Shown here piece after piece: positions 1-9,994 of a DNA stretch of 64,000 bases. The position numbers were made by a program, and so were the translations under genes. Each line of letters starts with the position of its first letter. Position 1 is the first letter of the stretch. A model generated the notes under the pieces. It was not told where the DNA came from. It searched no databases and saw nothing but the letters and a program-made list of their open reading frames with translations. The stretch is from Rhynchopus sp. YZ270_cl-10 (taxonomy: Eukaryota). Location of the stretch: contig OZ037843.1 in assembly GCA_964035575.1 (NCBI GenBank), positions 372,001 to 436,000 of the forward strand. The letters are read 5' to 3'.

Positions 1-499
1 GGAAAGGTGTACCCCCAGTGGGCGAAGTTGTCAAATAAAAAGTGAAGTTGACAGTGCAAAACACCTGGCACTGACGCTCCGCAGGGTTGTCGAACCCCAG
101 GAGGTGTTGCGCTTGGGAGTTGCTGCTTCCTAACTGTTCACAAAAGTAGTGCAGCTTTCCAAGGTGGCTAACCATGTCCCCGCTCGAAGCGTTTCAAGGG
201 TCAGCGCGCCTTTCAAAAAGAGACGACTACGTCATCCGGGGCCAGTGGAAATGGTCAACAGGATAGCCAATGTGTTACCACTCATTCTCTGCATTCAGGT
301 AGCGGAATGTTCACGCTTTCCCTTTCGGCAATCCTACAACGAAGCACCGAGATGCGACATCGTAGCTTTGAGGCGAGCAATTACACCTTGCCTTAGGACC
401 GACTGATCCACGTCCAAATGCTGTTGACGCACATCGCAGTTTAGACAAGCAAGGGGGTGCTACTCATTATGATGGCAAATCCGCCTTCTGTGTGTCTTG

Positions 500-830
500 C
501 CAGTCAGCAACCTCCACCTAGCACAGAATCAGACGTTGTGTTTTGCACTCAAGCGTCGCTGAAAGCAAAGACGGGTTGCAGAGAACATCACCCCAGGATA
601 CGCCCTGCACATTCCATCATCAGTGTCTCCCCCACCATGCTGAAACGGCATCACCTCACAACCTATGCCACGCAACACCTAGGTCCATGTTGTCCTGTCC
701 ACCTCCATGTGTTTCGGATCAGAAGCGTGGCAGCGTGCAGTGTTGAGGTTGGCATACGATGCACACTGCGATATATTGAACCCTCCTCCAGGCCTTCAGA
801 AGAACAGTTCTAAGGAACTGCGAGAACTGC
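500..830 (-). pseudogene. Heavily decayed fragment of the family-B (multi-TM) cyclase-like domain
   Basis: Colinear nucleotide similarity with many indels to 60020-60435, e.g. agcaacctccacctagcacagaatcagacg vs agcaacccccaccttgcacggaagcagacg; ccccaccatgctgaa; cttcagaagaacagtt. No intact ORF. Confidence 0.7.
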
Positions 831-922
831 CCCCCCCTCATATTACCCCCATACACACACACACACATTGGGGCCATATTCTGAGCAAGAATTACCCCTA
901 CTAGTTTTCAAACACACACACC

Positions 923-2189
923 TCACGTCAGCGGACGCACCATCTCCCTACGTAGTGCAGGGAACCCCTCTTCGTCGTACACCGCCTTGGTCACCCAAGT
1001 GTCCTGATGCGTCGAGAGGCTGCACACGATGGACCCACCAATCCAGGCAAGGAACTCACGCTCGGGGGACTCCGTGATGTACGATTTGGTCATGTGTGAG
1101 AAGGACGACTGCACCTTGTCGTGCACACGGTCACCATAGCCCGGGAGCAGTGTCGTGGCCCCTGAGACCACTACACGACGGACCACATCACGCCGCACGT
1201 CTATCTCGCATGCATTGAGAGCGTCCTCCAACACGTCCATTGTGCGGCCCGTGTCACTTTCAAAGAGCACTTCTGCAGCATCGAAGCGTTCTGCACCCAC
1301 ATCAATGCACCGTCCGTCAGGTAACGTATGCTGTACGGCATCCTGCTGTGTGCTTTGGTACGGCTGTGATAGGGGAGAAAAAGGCAGAATGATTTTCATA
1401 TACTTTCCAAGAAAAACACAGAAAAAAAATGCCGAGGCCACACAGATGCAGAAATCGTGGAGGTCCCTTTTCAGAGCTCTTTTGAATATTTTTTTCGACA
1501 GCTTTTTTTAAAAAATGATTTCTCCTTCCGAGCCATCTGCCACATACCCCTGCAATCCTGCACACCGCCTCTTTAGCCCCACGCGCTGCAGAAGAGTCGA
1601 GCACGACGCCACGCTCCGCAAGCAGAGCCTGGAGACGGTTCGTCACATCCTCACCTCCTGTACGCACATTCCGACTCTCTGCTATGACACCGTCGTGCAC
1701 ACAGCTGATGTGTGTTATGTGTGTACCTACGTCAATCACCACACCCGTCGTCCTGCCACTACAACACAACGCTAGAGCCGCCTCTCCGTGCATCGCAAAC
1801 CCTGGTACACGAAACGTTTCGTACATCAGCTCAGCGTATTTCTCCCGCTGCTCCCAGGTCCACCCTGGGGCGTCAACGAGCATGACCTGATGATCCTCAG
1901 CCGCGACCCTCATATCACGCTCAAAGGTGTCCCTCCATAAGGCTTCGATGTCTTCCCAGTTGCCTACAAACCCTCCAGCGTCTATAGGGTGGCGGAGACT
2001 CTCCTTGGAACACCGTGCGCGTGTACCGCAGAGAATCCCTCTGGTGGGGTCAGTCGTGCAGACAGTATCAGAGTACACATCAGGGCAGTCGTCGCCTGCA
2101 AAGCCTGCGCGTATACGAGAGGACCCCATGTGCATAACGATGGGGCGGGTGCAGTGGTCAGAGTCGGCATCGGAGGAGTCAGAGTGCAT
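923..2189 (-). CDS. Actin-like / actin-related protein, 2 exons (2189-1548, 1363-923), ~360 aa
   Basis: Actin motifs GSSRIRAGFAGDDCP, NWEDIEALW, SGRTTGVVIDVG, HTLPDG, VVSGATTLLPG, LAWIGGSIVCSL. Phase-0 intron 1547-1364 (GTATGT...ATCACAG) joins ORFs 1317..2189 and 923..1441 in frame (RIAG|PYQS). Confidence 0.9.
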
Positions 2190-2264
2190 TGTGTCTTCTG
2201 ATGTGTCTTAGTGAGGACACAAAACCAACAAACTCCTGGAGGGGGAAGGGGAGGGGGTGGGGAT

Positions 2265-2426
2265 CTACGTTGTAAAATTCGAATAAATCGTATAATTAAT
2301 TATACGAATTATATGGTATTCGGTCCCCAGCAGCACCGTATAACACAGTATAATTCTGTATAACCAACGTATAATACCGTATAATACGGTATTCGGTCGG
2401 GGCCGAGCACGTATAATACAACCTAG
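2265..2426. mobile_element. MITE with 9-bp TSD
   Basis: Termini CTACGTTGTA / TACAACCTAG (1 mismatch). GGTGGGGAT flanks both sides. Internal GTATAA repeats. Confidence 0.65.
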
Positions 2427-3010
2427 GGTGGGGATGGGGGGACGGGAGAAGGTAAAAAAAACAAAGTCTCTCGATATGTTGAAAAGATGAAAGCTGTGCC
2501 TCTCTCTGTGCATCTTTTAAAAAGAACAAAAAGAACAAAAAGAAAAGAAAGAACAGGTGGAAGATGAACATGCTTTACGTGCATGCACATCGTTTCGTTA
2601 GAGCAAGACACAACTCTAAGGAGAAGAAAAAAAAAGACGAAGAAACTTCAGGAAATTGTATGGGATAGAACCCTGAAGTATGGTTTTCCTGGCATAAGAA
2701 GTTTGACGTGAAACACAACTGGCCCTCTCGTGAACAGTGTACCTCGGACTGTAAAGAAAGAAAAGAAAAGTTTATGAGGTGAACCTAAGCCTCTCGTTGC
2801 TTAGTCACCTCGTGGACAAAAAGGAAAATTGTAAATGAGAGAAAAGAGAAGTTGATAGTGCAAACGTCTCGCCGGACCCTCCCCCTCCCCCGCCGGACGC
2901 AGGCACTGAAAAGAAGGGTAATGAAAGTGAAACGTAAGCTTCTCGATGTTTTAGTCAAACCTTCAGATATGGGCTTCACAAACAAAAAAACCCGATCTTT
3001 ACTGGGGAAG

Positions 3011-3347
3011 ATTTTATTTTTCCTTCCTTCAAAACTTCACACACAACGCTTTTTGGTTTTTGGAAGACACACAAGGTGCCGGGTTCTATGATAAGCACGG
3101 AACCACCCTGCACCTGTTTGTCATATATATTGTTTCCCGTGCAATACATGGGGAAACGTTTCGCGTCGAAACTAGGGAAAGCTTTTTGATAAAAGTTAAT
3201 GAAACACAAAAACCAAGCGCGTGTGGAAGAAAAAAGAAAAGAAAATATTTTTTCTGATTCAAAGTGGTGTTTACGTTTTGGGTACGGGGCGGAGAATAAA
3301 ATCTGTTCGATAAAAGAAACGCAAGCTTTTTTGTTTTATCTTGTTCA
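3011..3347. repeat. ~340-bp dispersed repeat (other copies 49612-50143, interrupted, and 55718-56079)
   Basis: Three copies share ttttatttttccttccttcaaaac...gagaataaaatctgttcgataaaagaaac...tgttca. Confidence 0.85.
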
Positions 3348-4015
3348 GAAAAAAAGAACTAAAGAATCCAGGCTCAGCAAGGGGGGCGATCGAAAGGTAG
3401 GATTTTTCAACAAAAAAAAAAAAGCAGTTGAAACGTGCAACGCATCTTAGTCGAGCTCAACGCAAAGAAAAAGAAAATGTTGTTCTCTTGTGGTGCTCGG
3501 GTAGGTTGGTCGTAGGTGTTGCATCTGAAGCATCTACAGTAACAATTTTGTTTGTGCGTAAAGTGTGTAATAAATATTCTGTGTTGATATTTTTACTGCA
3601 ATACGCTTCCACTGACCTGGCCGTGGAAAAAAAAACGATTTTCGATCACACCCTCGCGAACCCAAAAAAATAGTCAAAAAAAAATCAAAATTGACTTGAA
3701 ATACAAAGCCCTCTCGTGACACGAATACCATAAAAAGAAAAGGAAAAAGAGGTCAGTCATCGCGGCTTTCCACGAAAATGAGAGATAAGGATAGATGTCA
3801 GCTTTGTGTGAAGTTCACACGAGAAAAAAAGCACGGTTCACTACACGTTTTTTATCAATTTTTTCCAAAACAAAACAAAAAAATGGTACTTAATGATGCA
3901 CCTCCCCTCAGCCCTCCGGATGAAAGCACAACCCCGCACCCAGAAGATGTGAAAAAGGAAAGCTCCAATGGACCCTGCCAATCCTCATAACGCAACCCCC
4001 TCACCTCCCTACCGC

Positions 4016-5776
4016 TTACCCGGTGTATGAAAGAAGGTATTCCGGGTACGCCCTGCCGTTTCCATACACCATAACCACCCGACTGCCACCTGTACACCCT
4101 GACACAGAGTCGTAGCGACGTACGGCAGGGCCGTCATTTTTGTCGTGAATCTTTGGCATTTCGGGTGGCATGCGGAGGTCTTTTTTGCTGGTTGTGTCGT
4201 AGTCCTTTGTGTGGCCTACGAGGACTTGCGCAACGAACATCTGCTTCACCGCACCTGCATTGTACGCATATGAGTGAGAGTACTTAGCATTGGCTGCGAA
4301 GTACGATGCTATGCCCCAGAGACCAGAGGTGCAGAACCGCATGTCAAACCCGTCCTGTCCGTTGTACACCAAGTCAGGTGCCGTGCCGCGTGTGCCGTGG
4401 AACATACGTGAGGTAGTCGCATTGCCCGCCTCCTGCATGATCTCGCGTTCGACAGCGTACTTTCGCCACAGAGCTTTGTTTTGAAGGCGCTGCACAGAGC
4501 GTACCGTGTGTCCCGGCATCGTGGTTGCAAAGCGTTTGAGCACCTCGGCCGCCTCGTCCCCTGCCATGTCCAGGTCCACCACCAGGAGGTTCGCGTCCTG
4601 CTTGTCCCAGTGTGCCGGGTATGGGTTGGTGAGTGTGTCGCGTGGGGTGCCGCACCGTCTGCACAGAGCGCGTGACCCAAACTGAATATCACTGCAGGAG
4701 GGGCACTTCCAGTCGCCAGCGCGGATGGAGGTGTGGGTGGTGGTGGTGGTGGTGGTGGTGGTGGTTGTTCTTGCAGGGTTTTGTGTGCCGCATCTGCAAG
4801 CAGGCTTTGATCCGAAGACCAAATCCTTGCAAGAGGGACAGTTCCAGTCGGGCAGCCTCCCCGTCTGTGCAGGTACGGATGATGCTGCTGGTGTTGGTGT
4901 TGCGCTAGGCGTGGCTGTTCTTGCAGGGTTGGGAACACCGCACTTCCTGCAACAAGACTTTGATCCGAAGACCAAATCATTGCAAGAGGGACAGTTCCAG
5001 TCGGGCTGGCGCCCCATCTGTGCAGGTACAGTTGAAGATGCTGCTGGTGCTACACTGGGTGTGGTTGTTCTTGCAGGGTTTTGTGTGCCGCATCTGCAAA
5101 CAGGCTTTGATCCGAAAACCAAATCTTTGCAGGAGGGACAGTTCCAGTCGGGCAGCCTCCCCGTCTGTGCAGGTACGGTTGAAGATGAAGCTGCTGGTGT
5201 TGGTGCGCTAGGCGTGGCTGTTCTTGCAGGGTTGGGAACACCGCACTTCCTGCAACAAGACTTTGATCCGAAAACCAAATCCTTGCAGGAAGGACAGTTC
5301 CAGTCGGGCTGGCGCCCCATCTGTGCAGGTACAGTTGAAGATGCTGCTGGTGCTACACTGGGTGCGGTTGTTCTTGCAGGGTTTTGTGTGCCGCACCTGC
5401 AAGCAGGCTTTGACCCAAAGACCAAATCCTTGCAAGAGGGACAGTTCCAGTCGGGCAGCCTCCCTGTCTGTGCAGGTACGGTTGAAGATGAAGCTGCTGG
5501 TGTTGGTGCGCTAGGCGTGGCTGTTCTCGCAGGGTTGGGCACACCGCACTTCCTGCAACAAGACTTTGATCCGAAAACCAAATCCTTGCAAGAGGGACAG
5601 TTCCAGTCGGGATGGCGCCCCATCTGTGCAGGTACGGTGCCGGTCGACGGACCTGCTCCTGTCGCAACTCTTGCAGGATTTTGTGTGCCACACCTGCAAG
5701 CAGGCTTTGATCCAAAGACCAAATCCTTGCAGGAGGGACAGTTCCAGTCGGGCAGCCTCCTTCTCTGATGCGCCAT
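4016..5776 (-). CDS. PARP-family ADP-ribosyltransferase with eight N-terminal RanBP2-type zinc fingers, 586 aa
   Basis: 8x DWxCPSC-x10-C-x1/2-C fingers with Pro/Thr/Ala linkers and a poly-Thr tract. C-terminal PARP domain: VQRLQNKALWRKY, MFHGT, GIASYFA, MFVAQVLVG, YDSV, AYPEYLLSY. Confidence 0.9.
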   Translation of the reverse strand: MAHQRRRLPDWNCPSCKDLVFGSKPACRCGTQNPARVATGAGPSTGTVPAQMGRHPDWNCPSCKDLVFGSKSCCRKCGVPNPARTATPSAPTPAASSSTVPAQTGRLPDWNCPSCKDLVFGSKPACRCGTQNPARTTAPSVAPAASSTVPAQMGRQPDWNCPSCKDLVFGSKSCCRKCGVPNPARTATPSAPTPAASSSTVPAQTGRLPDWNCPSCKDLVFGSKPVCRCGTQNPARTTTPSVAPAASSTVPAQMGRQPDWNCPSCNDLVFGSKSCCRKCGVPNPARTATPSATPTPAASSVPAQTGRLPDWNCPSCKDLVFGSKPACRCGTQNPARTTTTTTTTTTTHTSIRAGDWKCPSCSDIQFGSRALCRRCGTPRDTLTNPYPAHWDKQDANLLVVDLDMAGDEAAEVLKRFATTMPGHTVRSVQRLQNKALWRKYAVEREIMQEAGNATTSRMFHGTRGTAPDLVYNGQDGFDMRFCTSGLWGIASYFAANAKYSHSYAYNAGAVKQMFVAQVLVGHTKDYDTTSKKDLRMPPEMPKIHDKNDGPAVRRYDSVSGCTGGSRVVMVYGNGRAYPEYLLSYTG

Positions 5777-5969
5777 TGCTGTGTGTATAAAAGCTTTTGA
5801 ACAAATTCTCTGCGTGGGGTGATAGTGGAATACGTTAGAAAAAAGAAGAAAAAATCAAAACGACATATCTCGCTCACAATGTTTCCTTTTTGCCATACTT
5901 TGCCAGCCATCCGGATGAAAATGGAAAGATTGTCTAACTCTCTCCAAAATAGATTATTTCATATACTTT

Positions 5970-6046
5970 GGTGTGGCTGAAGGGGGCTGATTCGCACTTT
6001 TTTCGCACTTTTCCGCACTTTTTCCTCCCCCCCTTTCAGCCACATC
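5970..6046. mobile_element. 77-bp mini inverted-repeat element, 7-bp TSD
   Basis: GGTGTGGCTGAAGGGGG ... CCCCCTTTCAGCCACATC, flanked by ATACTTT on both sides. Internal CGCACTTTT x3. Confidence 0.6.
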
Positions 6047-6393
6047 ATACTTTCTATTCTACTGAACAAAAAGCACAATAGAGTCCACTAAATGCACCAA
6101 AATAGAGAAAAAGGGAAGGAGTGCGGGATGTTCTATTTCCTTTACATGACGTAAAAAAAGGACAAATAAAGGCAATGTTCTGCGTTGCCTCTGGATAGGA
6201 TAGGAGACGACACATTTGTTTTCTTTTTCTCCCTTGCCACTGCAGCCACAACGAAGCTAGGCTGCAGCACTACTTGCTACTACCCCACCCTAGCCTTCCA
6301 AATAACAGCACACATTCCACAAAAATTTGGAAAAAAAAAGGGGGGTTAGAGAACAGCAACACATTCCTCCCCCTCCCACCCCACCCCACCCCA

Positions 6394-6525
6394 CACAGCA
6401 GAGAATAAGACTCGGGCACCCGGGACCGGGGACCCGGTTATTCTCAGCCGGACTGGGACCCGGGACCGGGACCTTGACCAGGACCAGGACCCAGGGACCG
6501 GGGACCCGGCTTATTCTCTGCTGTG
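6394..6525. mobile_element. Transib-like MITE (CAC termini, 5-bp TSD)
   Basis: Perfect 16-bp TIR CACAGCAGAGAATAAG / CTTATTCTCTGCTGTG. CCCCA on both sides. Internal GGGACC repeats. Confidence 0.7.
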
Positions 6526-6650
6526 CCCCACACACGGGGTCTACGCTGACGTAGCCCCCCCCCTCACCCTAGACCTTAGGGCCATATTCCGCAAGAATTA
6601 CCCTCGCTAGGCATCAAACCACCGTACACACCCAACACCCCCCAATGGCA

Positions 6651-7993
6651 TCATACACGCTTCGTTTCGTATAAGGAAGTGGTTGCGTCTGCAAGCAGTG
6701 TCATGACTGAGGTAGCAACAGTCTGCAGAAGGGTCCAGACGAAAGACGCGAGGCGCCGTATCAGCCCAGGGTTAGCTAGCGACCCGTCAGCCTTGAGGTA
6801 CACGACAGAGGGGAACATAATCACCACCTGCACGACAGCGAGCCACACCACACAAAGCGCAGCCGCCAGCAGCAGCAGCAACACCGATGACGTAAGCAGC
6901 GACATGACCATAGCGACCTTGCCACCAAGCCACGACCCCCCAGGCACGCTCCATCCCCATCCGGCCACCTTCTCGACTTGGTTCAGCTGCGAGGACATAG
7001 ACGTTTGCGCTGTGACCACTGCAGCTTTGTTGTCCTCCAAAACCCTGTAGGAGGAAAGAAGAGCAGTTTATAAGATGAACTTAAGTCTCTCATGCTTGGT
7101 CTGGTTAGAAAAATAGAAAACGACTTCAGGATATGACAGTTAAATAAAGAAACCACTTTTTCGTTTATCGCACCGCAAAAGGTTTGTGTTTTTTCACTGA
7201 TGAATGTGAGTGAGGTGTATGTTAGTGGAAAACCAATACGCTAAAAGCGGGCACCCATCCGTCGTTTTTCCATTTCTATTCGCCAATGCTTGATAACACA
7301 AAACAAATTCATATACTTTCAAATAAAATTTGAAAGCATTAGGGGAGTGTATAAAAAAACAACAACAACCCAAAAAACAACACAAAAAAAAGGGGGGCTG
7401 CAACTCACATACCGATCCCCTTCGTGCACAGCATCGCCTAACTCCCTCGCCTTTTCTTTGAATTCGGACGCCACCTTCGCAAGCTGCTTGAGGCCCTCCT
7501 CCTTCTGCTTCCTGCGTAGCTCCTTTGCCTCTGCGTCTTGCGCCTCTGTCTGCATCTTCTGCTGCGGCTCACACAGACCCAATGCGCGTCGGTTGCTTCG
7601 AGGGCTCTGCTCTGCTGGGTGCGCAACCTTCACCTCCTTCTTCTCTTCCCCTTCTGGCACGTTGTGTTCACTGTCTGCATCGGAAAGTGCGTCGTGCAGG
7701 TTGTCATCAATGTCATCCTCTGGCACCACCCTCGCTACAAGCATAGTAGCCGCATCAGTCAACGCCTCAATCCGAAGCAGCAAGGCACCGTGCCCCGCTC
7801 TGTCCCCCAGCTGTGTGTGCATCTGTTGCGCGGCAGCGACATTGCTTCTGATGAGAAGCGCTTCGACAGCAGGGTCGTCAGGTGTAGGTAACTCAGGATC
7901 TGCATCGGATGGTGTCTCCGCTGCACGCAAGGTGGCAGCATGCAAACAGGCTTCAAGGCGGGTCACGAAGACAGACAGCTCAGCCACACTCAT
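6651..7993 (-). CDS. USE1: USE1-like Qc-SNARE, 2 exons (7993-7413, 7044-6651), ~324 aa
   Basis: Phase-2 intron 7412-7045 (GTATGT...CTACAG) joins ORFs 7319..7993 and 6651..7040 in frame (EGDR-VLEDNK). Coiled coil KEEGLKQLAKVASEFKEKARELGDAVHEGDRVLEDNK is followed by a C-terminal hydrophobic segment. The gene model is solid; the USE1 name is from pattern resemblance only. Confidence 0.6.
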
Positions 7994-8388
7994 TGTGTAG
8001 GGAGGAGGAGAGAGGAGGGACTGTCTTGATGGGGTTTTTGATAAATAAATATTTTTTTTTGAATAGATAAAAGCAATAAATTACTTTTTATTTAAAACAA
8101 AAGGCACTCCGTATCCAAAACAGGGGGGCAGTCTGGGGACAAAAACAGATTTCTGTATTGGGGAGGGTGGGAGTGTTCATTGTGTAGGGAGGAGGAGAGA
8201 GGAGGGACTGTCTTGATGGGGTTTTTGATAAATAAATATTTTTTTTTGAATAGATAAAAGCAATAAATTACTTTTTATTTAAAACAAAAGGCACTCCGTA
8301 TCCAAAACAGGGGGGCAGTCTGGGGACAAAAACAGATTTCTGTATTGGGGAGGGTGGGAGTGTTCATTGTGTAGGGAGGAGGAGAGAG
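7991..8388. repeat. 187-bp tandem duplication (2 copies + partial) of the SNARE start/upstream region
   Basis: cattgtgtagggaggaggagag recurs at 7991, 8178 and 8365 with identical sequence between. Confidence 0.9.
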
Positions 8389-9994
8389 AGGGGGCCCTGA
8401 GGCGTGATGGATGTGTGAGTTGCTCTACCTACAGGGGGTGGGCAGGTACAAGTTGTGTGTACATTTTTGAAAAAAGCAGATACGGGGCTTCTTGAGGCTC
8501 AAAACTGCTCAAAACCGGGCGCAGATGGATTTTTGGACATCTGAGGGTGGTATTTTCTGGTTTTGGTCATTTTTTAGCACTTAGAAACCAAAACGCGATG
8601 TTTATCATTTTGTTATCGCTTTTTGGGGGCTTTTGACCCCCCCTAGAGGGGGGGGGGACTGTCTTGATGGGGGGGGTAGAGTTTTGAAGACAGAACAGAG
8701 GTGGCAGCACAGCGTGATGAGGTTGGCAGGCTGGCTGTGCTTCGTGACCTAGTAAGGTCGATAGACCAGCAGAGAGTGTTAATCTCTGCGACTTTCACGT
8801 TGCTTTCGGTATTGGATCGCCCATGATGAAAAAAAAAAAGTTTGCTTTTTTTGTTGCCGTTGTGTGACACTCTTTCGATATTTTTTGTGCCGTCTTTTTA
8901 AAAATCAGATTTGCGAACAACAATGGGTGGGATGGGTGGGGAGCACAAAGACAACTTTGCGAGGGCGGAAAATACGTTATTAACACAAAACGGACATATT
9001 TCATATATAAAAAAAATCGGAGTTGAAAGTGCAAACACCTCTGTGGATGCAGGCACCAAAGGGGGAAAAACATGTCAGATTTGTGCGAAAAGCAAAAAAA
9101 TTGAAAAAAGCAAAAGAAAAAAACCCCAAAAAAGAAAAAAGAAGACACCTCTGATAGACGTCTTATGCCTCTCTCTCTCTCTCCCTCTCTACTCTACGGC
9201 ATGATAGCGTCACTCCGTTTGCTTGTATTGCACGTGAAGGTATGGGACGTTTGCCTCTTCAATATATGCATAGTATAGTAGGCAGGGTGTCTGAAAAAAT
9301 CAAGAATTCTGATGGGTGCAAAAAAAAAGGAAAAACAAGTAATTGCTATCAGAAAAAAAACCGGGTGTGCTGTGGAACTCCACTCTGAAAAAAATATAAT
9401 CTACAACACGCCAGCATTCTGCTCTTCTGCAGGTATGCTAAAACGCTCTTCGTACGCTGGCCCCACTGGGATGCCTGCATCTGAAACGTTCAAACAGTGG
9501 GGCTGTCCTCTTCGTCCAGCACCATCTGCTCGATCGCGTTATTGGACGTAGTCTCGGCAGGCTCGATAACCATTCGCTCGGGCGGCCTCGGCATGTTCCA
9601 GCTCGTAGTCGTCCACAGGCTCCCACGCATCGTCGTCGTCATCAGAGCAGTGCGGAAGGAACACATAATGCACAGACGACAACACGTCGTCGATCGCACC
9701 AGGCATCGTCACATCAGCACCTCCAGAAAATCGCCAGGATGCTATGGTGGTTCCGAAAATCGCGCGGAGTTATCCACAGCACACCCCATTTTTTTTCTTA
9801 GCAATTAGTTGTTCTTGTTATTATTGTTTTCCACACACCTTCCTTCAACCCTTGTAGGATCAGTTCGTATTTTTTTCGCGAAAACATGAAATTACACATT
9901 TCAAGAGAACAAAAAATTAAAAAGGGTTCGCCCCCTCAATGGGACGTCGTAAACCATAATTCCTCAGTGTCAGCCGCATCATTTCAATGAAACC

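Noticed and set aside
4725..5768. 347-aa plus-strand ORF
   Set aside because: Antisense shadow of the repetitive zinc-finger region of the PARP gene.
8390..8645. Possible G/C-ended MITE upstream of the SNARE gene
   Set aside because: It interrupts the local repeat, but no convincing TIR or TSD could be defined.
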